Assembly (NCBI GenBank): GCA_973895155.1 | Contig: OZ316897.1 | Span: forward strand, 21,427,455-21,491,454 | DNA from: Marsupella aquatica | Taxonomy: Eukaryota; Plantae; Marchantiophyta | Length of the DNA: 64,000 nucleotides | Direction: 5' to 3' | In this document: positions 13,104 through 25,066 of the stretch, in pieces | Layout of the letters: every line of letters begins with the position of its first letter | Numbering within the stretch: position 1 is the first letter of the stretch | Made by a program: the position numbers and the translations under genes | Notes under the pieces: generated by a model | What the model saw: only the letters and a program-made list of their open reading frames with translations | Databases searched by the model: none | What the model was told of the DNA's origin: nothing

Positions 13104-14060
13104 TCACATATCTAAATAAAACAGGATTGTAGAATCTTCGTAAAACTGCCTAGGAAACACCTTGACTATCGTTGCTCCAATCAGTTTCTTGTTACCACCG
13201 AACCCGTTGGTCTGAAGAAGACAAGCTATTGGGTTATCTGTCTGACTTCCAATGTGACACACAGTTAAGAGTTCACCACCAACCATTATAACGTCGCCCC
13301 AACGTCCAAAATCTTCAGCAGGGTCTAGATAAATGTCATGCAATGTTCTCCATCTTCGTGTGACGAAATCATACACGTCAATGGTATCATCCGTGAAACG
13401 GTGGAAAAGTCCGTTTACCATAAACACATCATGACAAAAAAGGTTATTTTCCACGGCCCCAAGGTAATACGATGTGAACCATCGATTCTCTCCTTGATTA
13501 TATATTGCTGCCGTAGATGGAGAGTAATTGACGGCGCCAGTGGTCTCAAACAGTATTCCCGAAAAGATGATGAAAAACTTTCCCACTACCGCAACTTGAT
13601 GTTCGGCTCGCCTTTTCACCATGTCGGCTATTCTAGACCAGGCGTTGACCTTGGGGTCATACACCTCACAATGACGGAGAGAGCCGCCGAGATTAAGGCC
13701 TCCAAACACATAAATCTTGCCATCCAGGGCACCAATACCAAAGCTCATTCTTCTCCTTTGCATGTTGGCACATCTAGTCCAACTCCCGTCCACCACATCA
13801 TACGAATGTACTTTCTGACTGGCAAGACTTGTGTCACTGTTTTCCTCACCTCCCAAGAAATATATCTTTTGACCCAAGGAGATGATTTGACACTTGGACA
13901 AATGCAGCGACGGGAGCAGATCTACCCTAGAAAATGATTGAGGTCCGTTGAGATGGGGTCTGTAGAGACCTAACGAAGAGATGTCTGGAGAACCAGAAAT
14001 CCCTTTTACGAAAAGCAATCCGGCTTCCGATGTGACCGCTGTTGACTGGTGATAACTCAT
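13104..14060 (-). CDS. Intronless Kelch-repeat (beta-propeller) protein without F-box, ~318 aa
   Basis: Open ORF with Kelch motifs KIYFLGG..VHSYD..W, GKIYVFGG..CEVYDPKVNAW..IADM..R. ATG at 14060 chosen because the paralog at 25066 also begins MSY; the ORF-track start at 14141 is GTG. Confidence 0.88.
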   Translation of the reverse strand: MSYHQSTAVTSEAGLLFVKGISGSPDISSLGLYRPHLNGPQSFSRVDLLPSLHLSKCQIISLGQKIYFLGGEENSDTSLASQKVHSYDVVDGSWTRCANMQRRRMSFGIGALDGKIYVFGGLNLGGSLRHCEVYDPKVNAWSRIADMVKRRAEHQVAVVGKFFIIFSGILFETTGAVNYSPSTAAIYNQGENRWFTSYYLGAVENNLFCHDVFMVNGLFHRFTDDTIDVYDFVTRRWRTLHDIYLDPAEDFGRWGDVIMVGGELLTVCHIGSQTDNPIACLLQTNGFGGNKKLIGATIVKVFPRQFYEDSTILFYLDM

Positions 14061-14629
14061 CTTGTCCACGGGTAATGATCGAACTGTACGCTGAGACACA
14101 CAGCGAATAACCAAATGGGTCAATGGGTTATCCTTGCTCACTGCTGGTAATTAACAGTTTCTTGTTTCAATGTGAGATACTTCGAATGACATTCACTATT
14201 GGGATAGAGAGAGTACTAATTGAGATCTGCTATAGCTCGTCTTATATCTGAGCTTTTTTAGTAGCTTTCCTACTAAGTATGCCGGCTTTTCAACACGTAC
14301 AGTCAGGTCTACTTTCTGGATTGGTCACGCGCGCTACACTCATACAGAGGAAGTTTCCAATGTCAACGGGATTGCATGCAATGTCAACGGGAATGCACTG
14401 TAAGTTTCAAATGTCAGGAGGAATGGAACTAGCTAGTTCCGTGACTAAACTCTATCCACAACCAGAAGTGGGAAAGGTAACTTGAGCGATTCAAATTGGA
14501 AACTAATCGAGCTAGGGAAAAGCTGCATTTCCTACCCGGAATCTATAATAATGCTCTTGAAAGGGAAATTTCAAGTGAAAACGTTGAAGGGTCAGAATTA
14601 ATATCGGGTCAACTAGTGAACAACCATCA

Positions 14630-16240
14630 ACGCAAGCACAAAATAAAAGTACCAACCATCAACGCAAGCACAAAACATACAATGTATCTCTTTAAAACAA
14701 CAAAGTTCAGACGTACGTGCGCCGATGCACTGGACTCACTGTGAAACTAACAAGAATACCTTGAAGAAGAACGGAGAAGGGTCTCACAAACAAGAGTACC
14801 AACGATCAACCTGCAAGCACAAAGCATACAATGTATCTCTTTAAAATAATAAAGTTCAGATGTACCTCTGCGATGCAACTGACAAGACCGAATACCTAGC
14901 TTGAAGACATGTGCAACCTGACAAGATCGAATACCTTCAAGACAACAAAGTTCAGACATACTTCCGCCGATGCACTGGACTCACTGTGAAACTCACAAGA
15001 ATACCTTGAAGATACGGGAGAGGGGTCTCATAAATAAGAGTACCAAAGATCCACCGGCACGCACAAAACAAACAATGTATCTCTTTAAACAGAAAAGTTC
15101 AGACATATTTCCGCCGATGCAATGGACTGACAGTGAAACTCACAGGAATACCTTGAAGACGAAGTGAGAGTGCCGAAGTTGGATTCAGAGCTTCCGCAGA
15201 CGAGTATGCAGCAACGAGCATCCACACTGCTGGGGATGCGGAGCACGACCCTTTGAATACTGTCGCTTAAGGGACTCAATCTCCGCAGACCGGCCTGCAC
15301 AAAACAAACAATGTATCTCTTTAAAACAAAAAAAAGTTCAGACATACGTGCGCGGGTGTGCACTGGACTCAATCTGAAACTAACAAAAATACCTTGAAGA
15401 CGAAGGAAAAAGGGTCTCATAAACAAGAGTACCAACGATCAACCTGCAAGCACAAAACGTACAATGTATCTCTTTAAAACAACAAAGTTCAGACGTACGT
15501 GCGCCGATGCACTGGACTCACTGTGAGACTAACAAGAATACCTTGAAGAAGAACAGAGAGGGGTCTCACAAACAAGAGTACCAACGATCAACCTGCAAGC
15601 ACAAAACATACAATGTATCTCTTTACAACAACAAAGCTCAGATGTACCCTCCGCGATGCACTGGACTCACTGCACACCGAGCATCCACACTGCTGGGGAT
15701 GCGAAGCACGATCCTTTGAATACTGTCACTTAACTAGTTCGGGGACTCAATCTCCGCAGACCGGCCTGCACAAAACAATGTATCTCTTTAAAACAAAAAA
15801 GCTTAGAAGTACGTGCGCCGATGCACTGGACTCACTGTGAAACTAACAAGAATACCTTGAAGACGGAGGGAGAGGGGTCTCATAAACAAGAGTACCAACG
15901 ATCAACCTGCAAGCACAAAACATACAATGTATCTCATTAAAACAACAAAGTTCAGATGTACGTCCGCCATGCACTGGACTCACTGTGCAACTGACAAGAA
16001 TACCTTGAAGACAACAAAGTTCAGACATACGTCCGCCGATTCACTGGACTCACTGTGAAACTCACAGAAATACCTTGATGACGAAGGGAGAGTGCCGAAA
16101 CTGAATTCAGAGCTTCCGCCGACGAGTATGCAGCAACGAGCATCCACACTGCTGGGGATGCGAAGCACGACCCTTTGAATACTGTCACTTAACGAGTTCG
16201 GGGACTCAATCTCCGCAGCTAAGAGTTTGGGGACTCAATC
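14630..16240. repeat. Complex modular tandem array (copy 2); exon/intron-like cassettes on the minus strand
   Basis: Same modules as 1-1200 plus a 51-nt module (CTTGAAG...AAACAAGAGTACCAACGATCAAC) at 14760-14810, 15393-15443, 15542-15592 and 15856-15906. Confidence 0.95.
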
Positions 16241-16618
16241 TCCGCAGACCAGCTAAGACGATATAGAGAGTGGGATTCATGAGAAGATATATAATAGAAT
16301 AGATCGTCAGATTCGATTACGTGAGGGTGGCGATGGATCGAGCGCCCCCATTTTGTGGGTAGTGGAGGTTGACGGCCGATCCAGTACGCCAGCTTTCTGG
16401 GTTTGTTGTTTGGGGACGTGGCTTCAGCGGGGACTTCAGCCAACTGTGTGCCCTGAAAATTACACGCGGAATCAGTTTTTTAATAAAGAAATCGTAGCCG
16501 GGGTTGCCGTAGGCCCTCCGACCTGATAGACCCATTTAAAAATAAAAGGTAACGGAAGCCAGGGTGGCCACTGCCCCTTCTACCTGATAGCGACTTCCCT
16601 TGGTGAGGCTAATGTGCG
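16230..16618 (-). promoter_or_regulatory. Conserved module capping array 2; putative promoter
   Basis: Paralog of 1170-1592; minus strand has a TATA-like TATTATATAT (~16296-16287) followed ~25 nt later by CT-rich CCACTCTCTAT. Function is inferred. Confidence 0.45.
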
Positions 16619-18499
16619 CTGTGGAATATAAAAATAAAATAAAGACTGTGATCAGGGTATGTGGTTCTCTGGTAAATGGGGAATTCTGCCAAATAATTTC
16701 TGGACATGAAACTTACTCACGTGAAACTGGGAGGTGCAGGGCTATTTTGAGTATATGTACAAATCAAGATTCATATTTCAATCTACAACTATAATAAAGG
16801 ATCCCGTCTTTTTTTTATCTTTCATTCCAATACAAAAAAACTCATGGGCGAGAAAAATTCACAACCTTTGGATTTGATGGCTGTTTTACCTGACCATTGA
16901 TGGGGAAATGTGCACCCCTGGCACATATGGGCTTCCCGCTGCCCCATAAATGCCCCCGCTCGATGCCCTATGGGCTGGCCCTGACCCCTTGCATTGTGAA
17001 ACCCACGGGTATAGGGCTTGTATTTAACTAAATAAACTAACCAGAATGTAGGAAAAAGAGAGCATAAACTATAGACCTTGGAAAAACCCTTCAAGAAAAA
17101 AGGCCAAAAAGAATCACACCCAATGATGAATTCAGGGATAAATTATGTGCAAGGGAGAATGCATGAACTAATATGAATTGGTGGCCTTGCAAGACCCTCC
17201 TCACTCAAAGTAAAATAAGTGAAGGTCCCATATAATATTGTGACCCTTTCCCTCGATCCTACCCCTACTCCAGGCCCTACTTAGTTATTAATTTTCATTT
17301 CACTATAAAAAGCTTCATTGTTCTGGCTACTACTTACACAAATTACTTAAATAGTCTAAAATCAATAAAACTAAGCTTTAGATTGTTTGGACCTCCCTCA
17401 ATTAATTAAGAGTGGGGCCCATCATACGAATGGGAATGGTACTTGGGGCCCTGGCACACACACACACACACAATTGAAAGTGTTTCCCAAACCCTGCCCG
17501 GCCTTAACCCAGGATGCCTGTCCCAAGGCCGGTCCCCATAAAATCAAATAAAATGTAATTCCTAGAACCAAATACACCCTCTCCCTCAAACCCTGCTCAT
17601 GACCAAACTTGACCTCATCAAAAAAACTTAATATATGTTCCATATGTGTCACATGCACCAATCACGAATGGAAAAAATTATCTACATAGACCAATACCTT
17701 AGACTTCACTTGTGGCATGTACCCATATAAACTACACAGTGATAAGATAATTTGGGACTTAACTAGGCGCATCAGATGCAAGGGCTTGTTCGAAAGTTTA
17801 TAAATAATTTTTATTAGTTATTATTCAAAAATGGCTCAAAACTTAAGGTCTTGGTTCGTTCCCACAGGGGTCGCGGATTAGTTATGCTCAGCACCGACGG
17901 ATTGGTGTATATATAATTTTACTCAGAAGTACTTTAAACCTTTGAATGACTAATATCTTGGATAACCCACTGATAGCCTCTTCTCTTCCTCCTGTCCGGC
18001 TCCACTCTGGACAGGTTAAGTTAGTTATCAGCTACTAAAGTCCTGCCCTGTGGCGTCGTCCAATCCAGCGCTTTGCACTTGGTGGCATGGGGTGACCAGA
18101 TTGAGGCATTAAGAAGGGTTTAGTCCCGGGATCCAAAAGTTCAACTACCCAGTTCCCTGTCCACACTACACTACAACACCATTGAAGCAGAACTTCCTTC
18201 GATCAGTGCTTTAGCGAATGCTTTAGAATGCACACATGAATGTGTTGCCTATTTGAACCTTAACAACTTATTTGAATATATATGGAACGAGACACATCGT
18301 CTGATTCCGAAGCTGGAAGGCAGCTTAAATTTTCTGACCTCGAAAGTTTATTGTATCTCCACACTGAATGCCTCAAGTGTTTTTGAAGTTTGTTGGTGAT
18401 ACTGCAATAATACCCGTCAACGATGCTGCGGAGAAAGACTATCCATCGGGCTATCCTTTTGATGAATTTGTTTAACTCTATCACTCTCGTGCAGCTCAA

Positions 18500-18862
18500 G
18501 CTCATTGGATCAACCTGCAAGCCTCACGTACAGCAAATCTTGGAGACATTTTGCTGGGTAAAGAGCGTTGGAGCAAACTTCTCTTGACGTACAGGGGACA
18601 GGCTGATTCATCTTCAAGATATCTGGGCAGAATTCATTCATTCGTCAATCTGAAAGGGAATGTATGAGAAGATAGATGCGAATCTCTGCTTGATGGGGAT
18701 ACCCCATTTTTGCGTGTTGTTTGTTTGGTGAGGTGGCTTCCGCCAGCTCTGTGCTGTTGATCGAAGTTGTACGTGGAGCTATCTTCAAATTAAAAGTTAC
18801 AACTGCCACAGACTCCGACCGGGGATCGTTCCTGTTGGGACGTTGGTCAGACTAATGTGCGT
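18500..18862 (-). repeat. Diverged, unamplified copy of the capping module plus the acceptor-like motif
   Basis: TTGGTCAGACTAATGTGCG (18843-18861) is identical to 1572-1590; TTTGTTTGGTGAGGTGGCTTC and ATGAGAAGATA also match; GATCAACCTGCAAGC at 18508 is identical to the array junction. Confidence 0.7.
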
Positions 18863-21200
18863 CGTTCCTCATTCCTGATCGTCGCTACAGTACTCTTACC
18901 AGGCCTGTGCAAAATTAAATTCTTCCTGATATTTAGGACCACCGACAATACTGTATTTTCACACATTCAAATCCAGCTGCTTTTCAAGGACATCACAAGA
19001 TGTCTAGCTGGTTCCTGCTAAAACATTATTTAACATGTCGTTTCAGTCACCGCAGAGCTTCGTTCCAGGAGGATGAGAAGGGCAAACGAAAGTAATTGTA
19101 TAATGACCCGTCAAATATCGTTACCTAAAGTGGTTAGTTAGTAGACCGGCTAAGATAAGACCAGGCAGTATCCGCACCCTATCATAATTATGCATTCTAT
19201 ACATTTTCCTGTGGACCTTGTCTACTTACAAATTGTAATCTGGGTGGGAAGAAATCATGATACTTCATCCGAACGGAACCATTTCTTCAGCCAAAAACAC
19301 CCTGGCTTCCCATTATGACTTAGTTAGTACTCCCTGTCGCAACCCTTCCTACTTCTGTGTGCTCGCCCTTGTCCTCTTTGCATCCAACGGCCCTCGCCCT
19401 GCACCCTACGTGTGCGGCTATGCTTACTCTAGCGACCCATGTTAGGTACAATGGTAGGCCAGGGGAGGTAGGCGCAAGCGCACAAGGAGGGGGAGGAGAG
19501 AGACGGCTCCCAAAGGAGGAAGAGCAGGGGAAAAAGGGAGCGCAGAAAAAGGAAGAAGCGGCTGATAAAATCGCAAATTCTACTACAAAGGACTCCGCGC
19601 ATCTTGTGACCCTTCATCAGGAAGCGCAGCTGTCCCTCACCTGAGCCATTCAATTTTGCTGAGCCATTCAATTTTTACTTAATGCTGCGCCCATCCTATA
19701 CCATCAGATCTGAGCCATAGGCTCAAAACGTAGATCTCAATCATCTCACCAAAAAATGAGACAAAAAGATTTAATATGGAAAAACAAACGGTGAAATATG
19801 ATTGGTCGAATTCAAATTTTGAATTTTGGGGGAAGAGCAGATCTGAGCCGTCTGCCCTTACCATCTCCATGAATCTCATCCATTCGTTTTAGTGGGCGAT
19901 CTATGGCTCAAATGAAAGATCTCAATGAGATCTACGGAAGGGTTTTTTTCTGTTTTGAAAATGGTTGAATAATTTTCAAATGAAAAATAAAACAAATCCA
20001 AGCATTCCTGGCCGTCGATTTGATCTCTACTGAAATCTTTACTGTTGATTGTTTTTGCTAATAAAAATATTTTTTGTCCACATAAGAAGGCGATCTATGC
20101 CGCAAATCAAAGATCTCGAGGAGATCTATGGCCTGGTTTTTTGCATTTCAAAAATGAGTACATATTTTTTGGAATAAAAATTAATTAATTTAACTGTTTT
20201 CTCCTCTTTCTCCTCTTTCTCCTGCCGGATACTTTCTTTCACCAAAGTTTGATACTCCTTTATGGCCCTACTGTCCTGCAGCTCCTTATATATTAGGAGT
20301 TGTGGTTAAAGAAAGGGGTAATATAGGGAAAAAGGAGCCAAAAAGGAGCCACTCAAAAATAGGCGGAAAACCAACATCAGTAAAGTGTTCCTTTCAAACA
20401 AAAAAAGCCAAAATAGAGGAGGAAAACCAACCAGCTTAGGTCAGTTGGCTAGGGGATTAGCCTGGAACTGAAAGCTCCTAGTTTAATCCCCCCTAGCTGG
20501 GTGTGGAGGGCATAATTCTGTGTGTGGGTGTTATGGGTTTTGTGTGTAGTGCATGGGAGTTAAAAATTCTGATTATTTAAGTGGTCCCTGGTTGAATTGC
20601 TTTGTGGCCCTAGGTTAATCCTCTCTTCCTACTGGTGCAGGTCCCTATTGGATTAATTAGTGGGGTGCACCCTGAGATGGGTTCAATCCCTACAATGAAT
20701 GTAGGTCACTATTGGGGTGGGGAGAGTATTCTAAGTGTTTTTACTCATTTCCATTCAAGACCCAAAACCAAACAAAAGACAAGATTGAAGGAGAAATGAA
20801 AGGAATCAGAATTTATTCTGACTAGCACCTTTTTTCTGCCTCTGAGCCCTTTTTTCTGGCATCAGACTCAACTCAGAAATTTGATCTAAAGGCCGCAGAA
20901 TTGATCAAGAGCAGGCAGTCTCATATGCAACAACAAAAGTTGGCATCTCACAAGGCACTGGGGAGCACCTCAACAGGGTACAACTGGGCAATTATTTTTG
21001 GGGGTAGTGAAAAATCAGTGGGGTTGCAACACACTGTATGCTGTTGTGTTTCCTGCAAAATCAGTGCGGCTCACAGTTATGGGCATGACTGGTCAGACCA
21101 CACTATCAGTGTCCAACCAGTCATGACTGTTGGATATCCCAAACCACAACAATCCTGAGCACAATCAAAGCAGAAAAATGAGCATATTTGAGACTCCCTA

Positions 21201-21438
21201 CTTCTGTTCAAATTAGTTGTAGTCAAAGCCACACAATTGCAAGCTCCCTCCATGATTGGTACCCACTCTCTATTCAGGCTTCTCAAAACAGGGCCAGAAT
21301 TAAGGTAAAGTTACAGGACTTCTGTTCAAATTAATTGTAGTCAAAGCCACACAATTGCAAGCTCCCTCCATGATTGGTACCCACTCTCTATGCCGGCTTC
21401 TCAAAACAGGGCCAGAATTAAGGTAAAGTTACAGGACA
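21201..21438. repeat. Tandem duplication, ~119 bp x2
   Basis: CTTCTGTTCAAATT...GGTAAAGTTACAGGAC repeated head to tail with few mismatches. Confidence 0.95.
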
Positions 21439-24059
21439 CTAGTTTGTGTCCATGAAACACCTTATGACCGTCTACGGGCCATTTAGGGTGTGTCAAAGTT
21501 CTCCTATAACCAAAGTGTTACAGCTTTAATTTTTTGGAAGTCTTATTCATCCTTATGGGGTACGTATTTTGGTAGCCCATACCAATTTTGCCCTGGTCGA
21601 AACAACCTTTTATGATTGTCCCGAGCCATAACTGGGTTACAACTTTGCTTTGACACGTTCTATTAGTTTGCAGGGGGGGTGTGCATTTACATGTGCCACA
21701 AGGGATGAGTTATGGATGATCCCGTTCAGAGTAAGTGCTTTTGGCCTGTATGTCCCTGCAGACGAGCCCAAGGTTAGCCTGTTTATTTACCTCAACAAGC
21801 GATCACAATAACATTCTAATAATGCAGAGTGACTGCCCAGAGAGGCATGGCTGAGTGGTAGTTCGTCTAAGTGGTGACTGTCTAAGTGGTGACTGATTGG
21901 TGGGTGCAAGTGATGTGATTGACTGTTCCCTTTCTGTGGGATTTCACAGATTTCTCCTTAAAAATTTAAAATAATAATAATACATAGTGACTGGCATGTT
22001 GTTTCTATCCTTGGATAATGGGATGTTGCAATGATGCAATGTTGTGATGACTCTATGTTTGGATCTATGTTGTGATGACGCAAATTCAAAATCTCAAAGT
22101 TAAAAATTACAGGCCTGTTTGGTTAGCAGCTGCGACATTTTTTGACTTCCCCGGAAGTTGATTTTGGCCTCCTGCAACTTTTATGGGGGTTCCCATAATG
22201 CAATCCTTACAGCCAACTAGTAAAGTCTACATGCTTTGAGACACCCTATTATTCACTCAAGGGTAATGTGGGGGGCGATGTCAAAAACGTTACCGTTTAT
22301 ATGAAGACGTACACTTCCAATCCAAGGAGCCTCCTCTTCCAATACCGCAGGCTCCACCCTAATACCATGTCACGCATTACCCAGCCCAGCATAGACAGTG
22401 TCCTCCGGGACAGAGGCTCCCCAACAGATCCCCTAACTTGCAGATCCCTTTCCTTACACCATTTATTTGTTCTCAGGTATTGATTTTGTACACTTTCCAC
22501 AAGATCCCCTTCCTTCCACCATTTTTTCTCACGTATTGATTTTGTCTCCTCACGTATTGATTTTGTCTTCTTTTCACAAAAACTCCGTCTCCTTTTACTC
22601 CGGTTAGTGGACTAAACCATTAAACACTACAGACCGCGTTACTAACGAATTCACCGAAACAAGCTATTCGACTCGCGACAATGTTCTCAGCACTGCCTTT
22701 GCCTTTGCCGCTTGTTTTAGGCGAACATGGGGCACTACCGCACATCCGCGTAGATCCATATGGGCGCCTGAGCTAGTTAAATGAAACCGGCCTTCTTAGC
22801 TTCCATTCATAGAATAAGTCTGCCTGGTTGGTAGCTGCTAATCAGAAATCAACATCTAGCTCATCGACCCACATTGTCAGTTGTTCTGAGAACTTTCCAA
22901 AACATGATTAAGCGTCTTCGTCTTTTATGACAATTTCGAAGCCCTGTTATAGCCCGACGACATCTAAGAGCCCGTCTCCATGCGTGAATATTATCGATCA
23001 CCTTCCCCGTGGGGTCTAATCCGTCGCTTTACCATACCAAAGACAGACTGAGGCGAATGACAGGCTATGGAAGTAAATGAAATGCTCTATCGATTGAAGC
23101 TTGTGACATTTAAAATTGGCAAATGTCGTAGATATGCTCCACCGAAGCGTACATCCTACACCCTAAATATCTCAAGCCCAGGTTGAGTCAACATTTATCA
23201 ATACGGTTTGATAGGCTCATGAGACGTTCCAATTCTCAAGGAATTTCTATTGCAAAACGCCATCAAATGGTCCTGACTGACCACGAAAATCACCACAGCT
23301 TCGTTTCTGACATTATAATTGAAGCGTGTACTAACTATATTTACAGCAACTAAGTCTAAATATCTGAGGAGATGACAGGAAGCTGCCAAATTCTTGCTCA
23401 CAACAGCCAAATGCGGTTTCCAGGCTATTGATCTTTCAAGTGATCTCTCATTGAATCGGACTTTAAATCTGTCAAAACTGTGTCCGACCGTCCAGCCGGG
23501 GGAGTACCGATCAGGGGGGAAAGTCAGTTGTTTCTATTGAAACATCGTGCTTCAACTTAAGGCATAGCAAAATAGAGCTTGCACACAAAATACGTAGAGA
23601 AAGAACTTGCATTCTGTCCAGACTAGCCTTACATTTGAAATATATTGTACACCCAGCCCTGCCAGAACTAAAATCCCATCAAGCTTCATAAACTCAACAT
23701 TTCGATGCTGCGAAGAAAACCTCAAAGTTTATGGTCATGTAAAGCCTGAATAACAGACTGACCTGAACAAATGTCCCCCACATTTCCAGCAGAATAGAAG
23801 ATAGCAGATTTTGAGACCTTTTCCTACACCCATTTGAAAAACTATTCAGACGGCCAGACTTTTCTAAACGAGGGTATGAGTGCCATACAAAAAACTTGGC
23901 TCTGCCCAGAAGGAACCCAAAAAGGACATGCACTATTTGGATAGATCGATGCATATAAGTTCACAGATCTAAAGTATAGAATTGTAGAATCTTTTTCAAA
24001 TTCCTACAGATCTAGAGAACATAGAATTCCAGTTCAATTTTCTTTAAATTCCTCCGGAT

Positions 24060-25066
24060 CTAAATGAAAGGAACTAGGATGATTGTAGAATCAGGATCAA
24101 ATTTTCCAACAGAGCGTTGAACTATCTCCAGCACAATATCTTTATCCTCACCACTGAAACCTTTCGTTTGAAGAAGACAAGCTCCACCATTTTCTTCAAG
24201 TCGACCGGGAAGTTGACACACAGTTAAGAGCTCACCACCAACCATTACAGCTTGACCGTCAAGTCCACAACATAGATCAGGGGATACATCCGAAAATCCC
24301 TCATATTCATCCCACCGAGCCAAAATTGAATGCGAAGGATCCCATGACAGAAATCTCTGCTCGCGATGAACATAAGCTAACCTTTCAATGCAATCATTCG
24401 TATCTGTAAAACGATGGAAGCATCCGTTTACCATAAACATGTCGCTGGTGAGCACGCCTCCCCCTCTGGCAGGATCGTACCATGTGTCCCACTCATCGTT
24501 GTCTGGATAATATCTCAACAGGGTAATTGGATCGACACCATTAGAGCCAAAGATTAGTCCCCCGTATACATAGAACACTCCACTTTTTTCTGCAACATGA
24601 TGATATGCTCGAGGCTCCACCATGTCCGCTATACTGGCCCAAGCATTGACCTCGGGATCGTAAACTTCACATTCAAGTACAGGTCCGCCATCCGAGCCTC
24701 CGAACACATAAATCTTTCCACGGAAGGCACCGACAGCAAAACATCGTCTCTGCCTCTGCATACTAGCACATCTTCTCCATGGCTGGTCTGTGCGCGCCGG
24801 ATCAAACACGTATACTTCCGGCTCGCACCGCGGCAACTGTTCTCCCGCAGAGCCCCTCCCAAAACCCCCCCTAACACGTAGATCTTCCCATCCAATGAGA
24901 TGATTTTACAATCCAAGCGAATTCCTACGTCAAATGGAAGCAAAGGCAGCGGATAAAGAGATTTATCTTTATAGAGACTTAGCGCAGGGATGCTTGGAAA
25001 CCCACAACATCCAGGCCTTTCAAATTGCACTCCAGCAGCCAATCCTGATAACTCGTTGTAGCTCAT
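24060..25066 (-). pseudogene. Kelch-repeat gene with a single frameshift (pseudogene or homopolymer error)
   Basis: N-part MSYNELS...GKIYVLGG and C-part EVYVFDP..W..GKIYVFGG..CEVYDPEVNAW are in different frames; the shift maps to 24840-24871, which contains a G7 run on the coding strand. Confidence 0.8.

Noticed and set aside
13338-13937. 199-aa plus-strand ORF (likewise 11084-11527)
   Set aside because: Antisense shadows of Kelch coding sequence.
22112-22122. GGCCTGTTTGG Tourist-like TIR
   Set aside because: No inverted partner or TAA/TTA TSD found.
22740-22778. Possible Helitron 3' end (short palindrome then CTAGT)
   Set aside because: Hairpin is weak and no matching 5' TC boundary or second copy supports it.
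24860-24875. Programmed -1 ribosomal frameshift in the Kelch gene
   Set aside because: GGGTTTT is not in the X XXY YYZ phase of the upstream frame; an indel explains it more simply.
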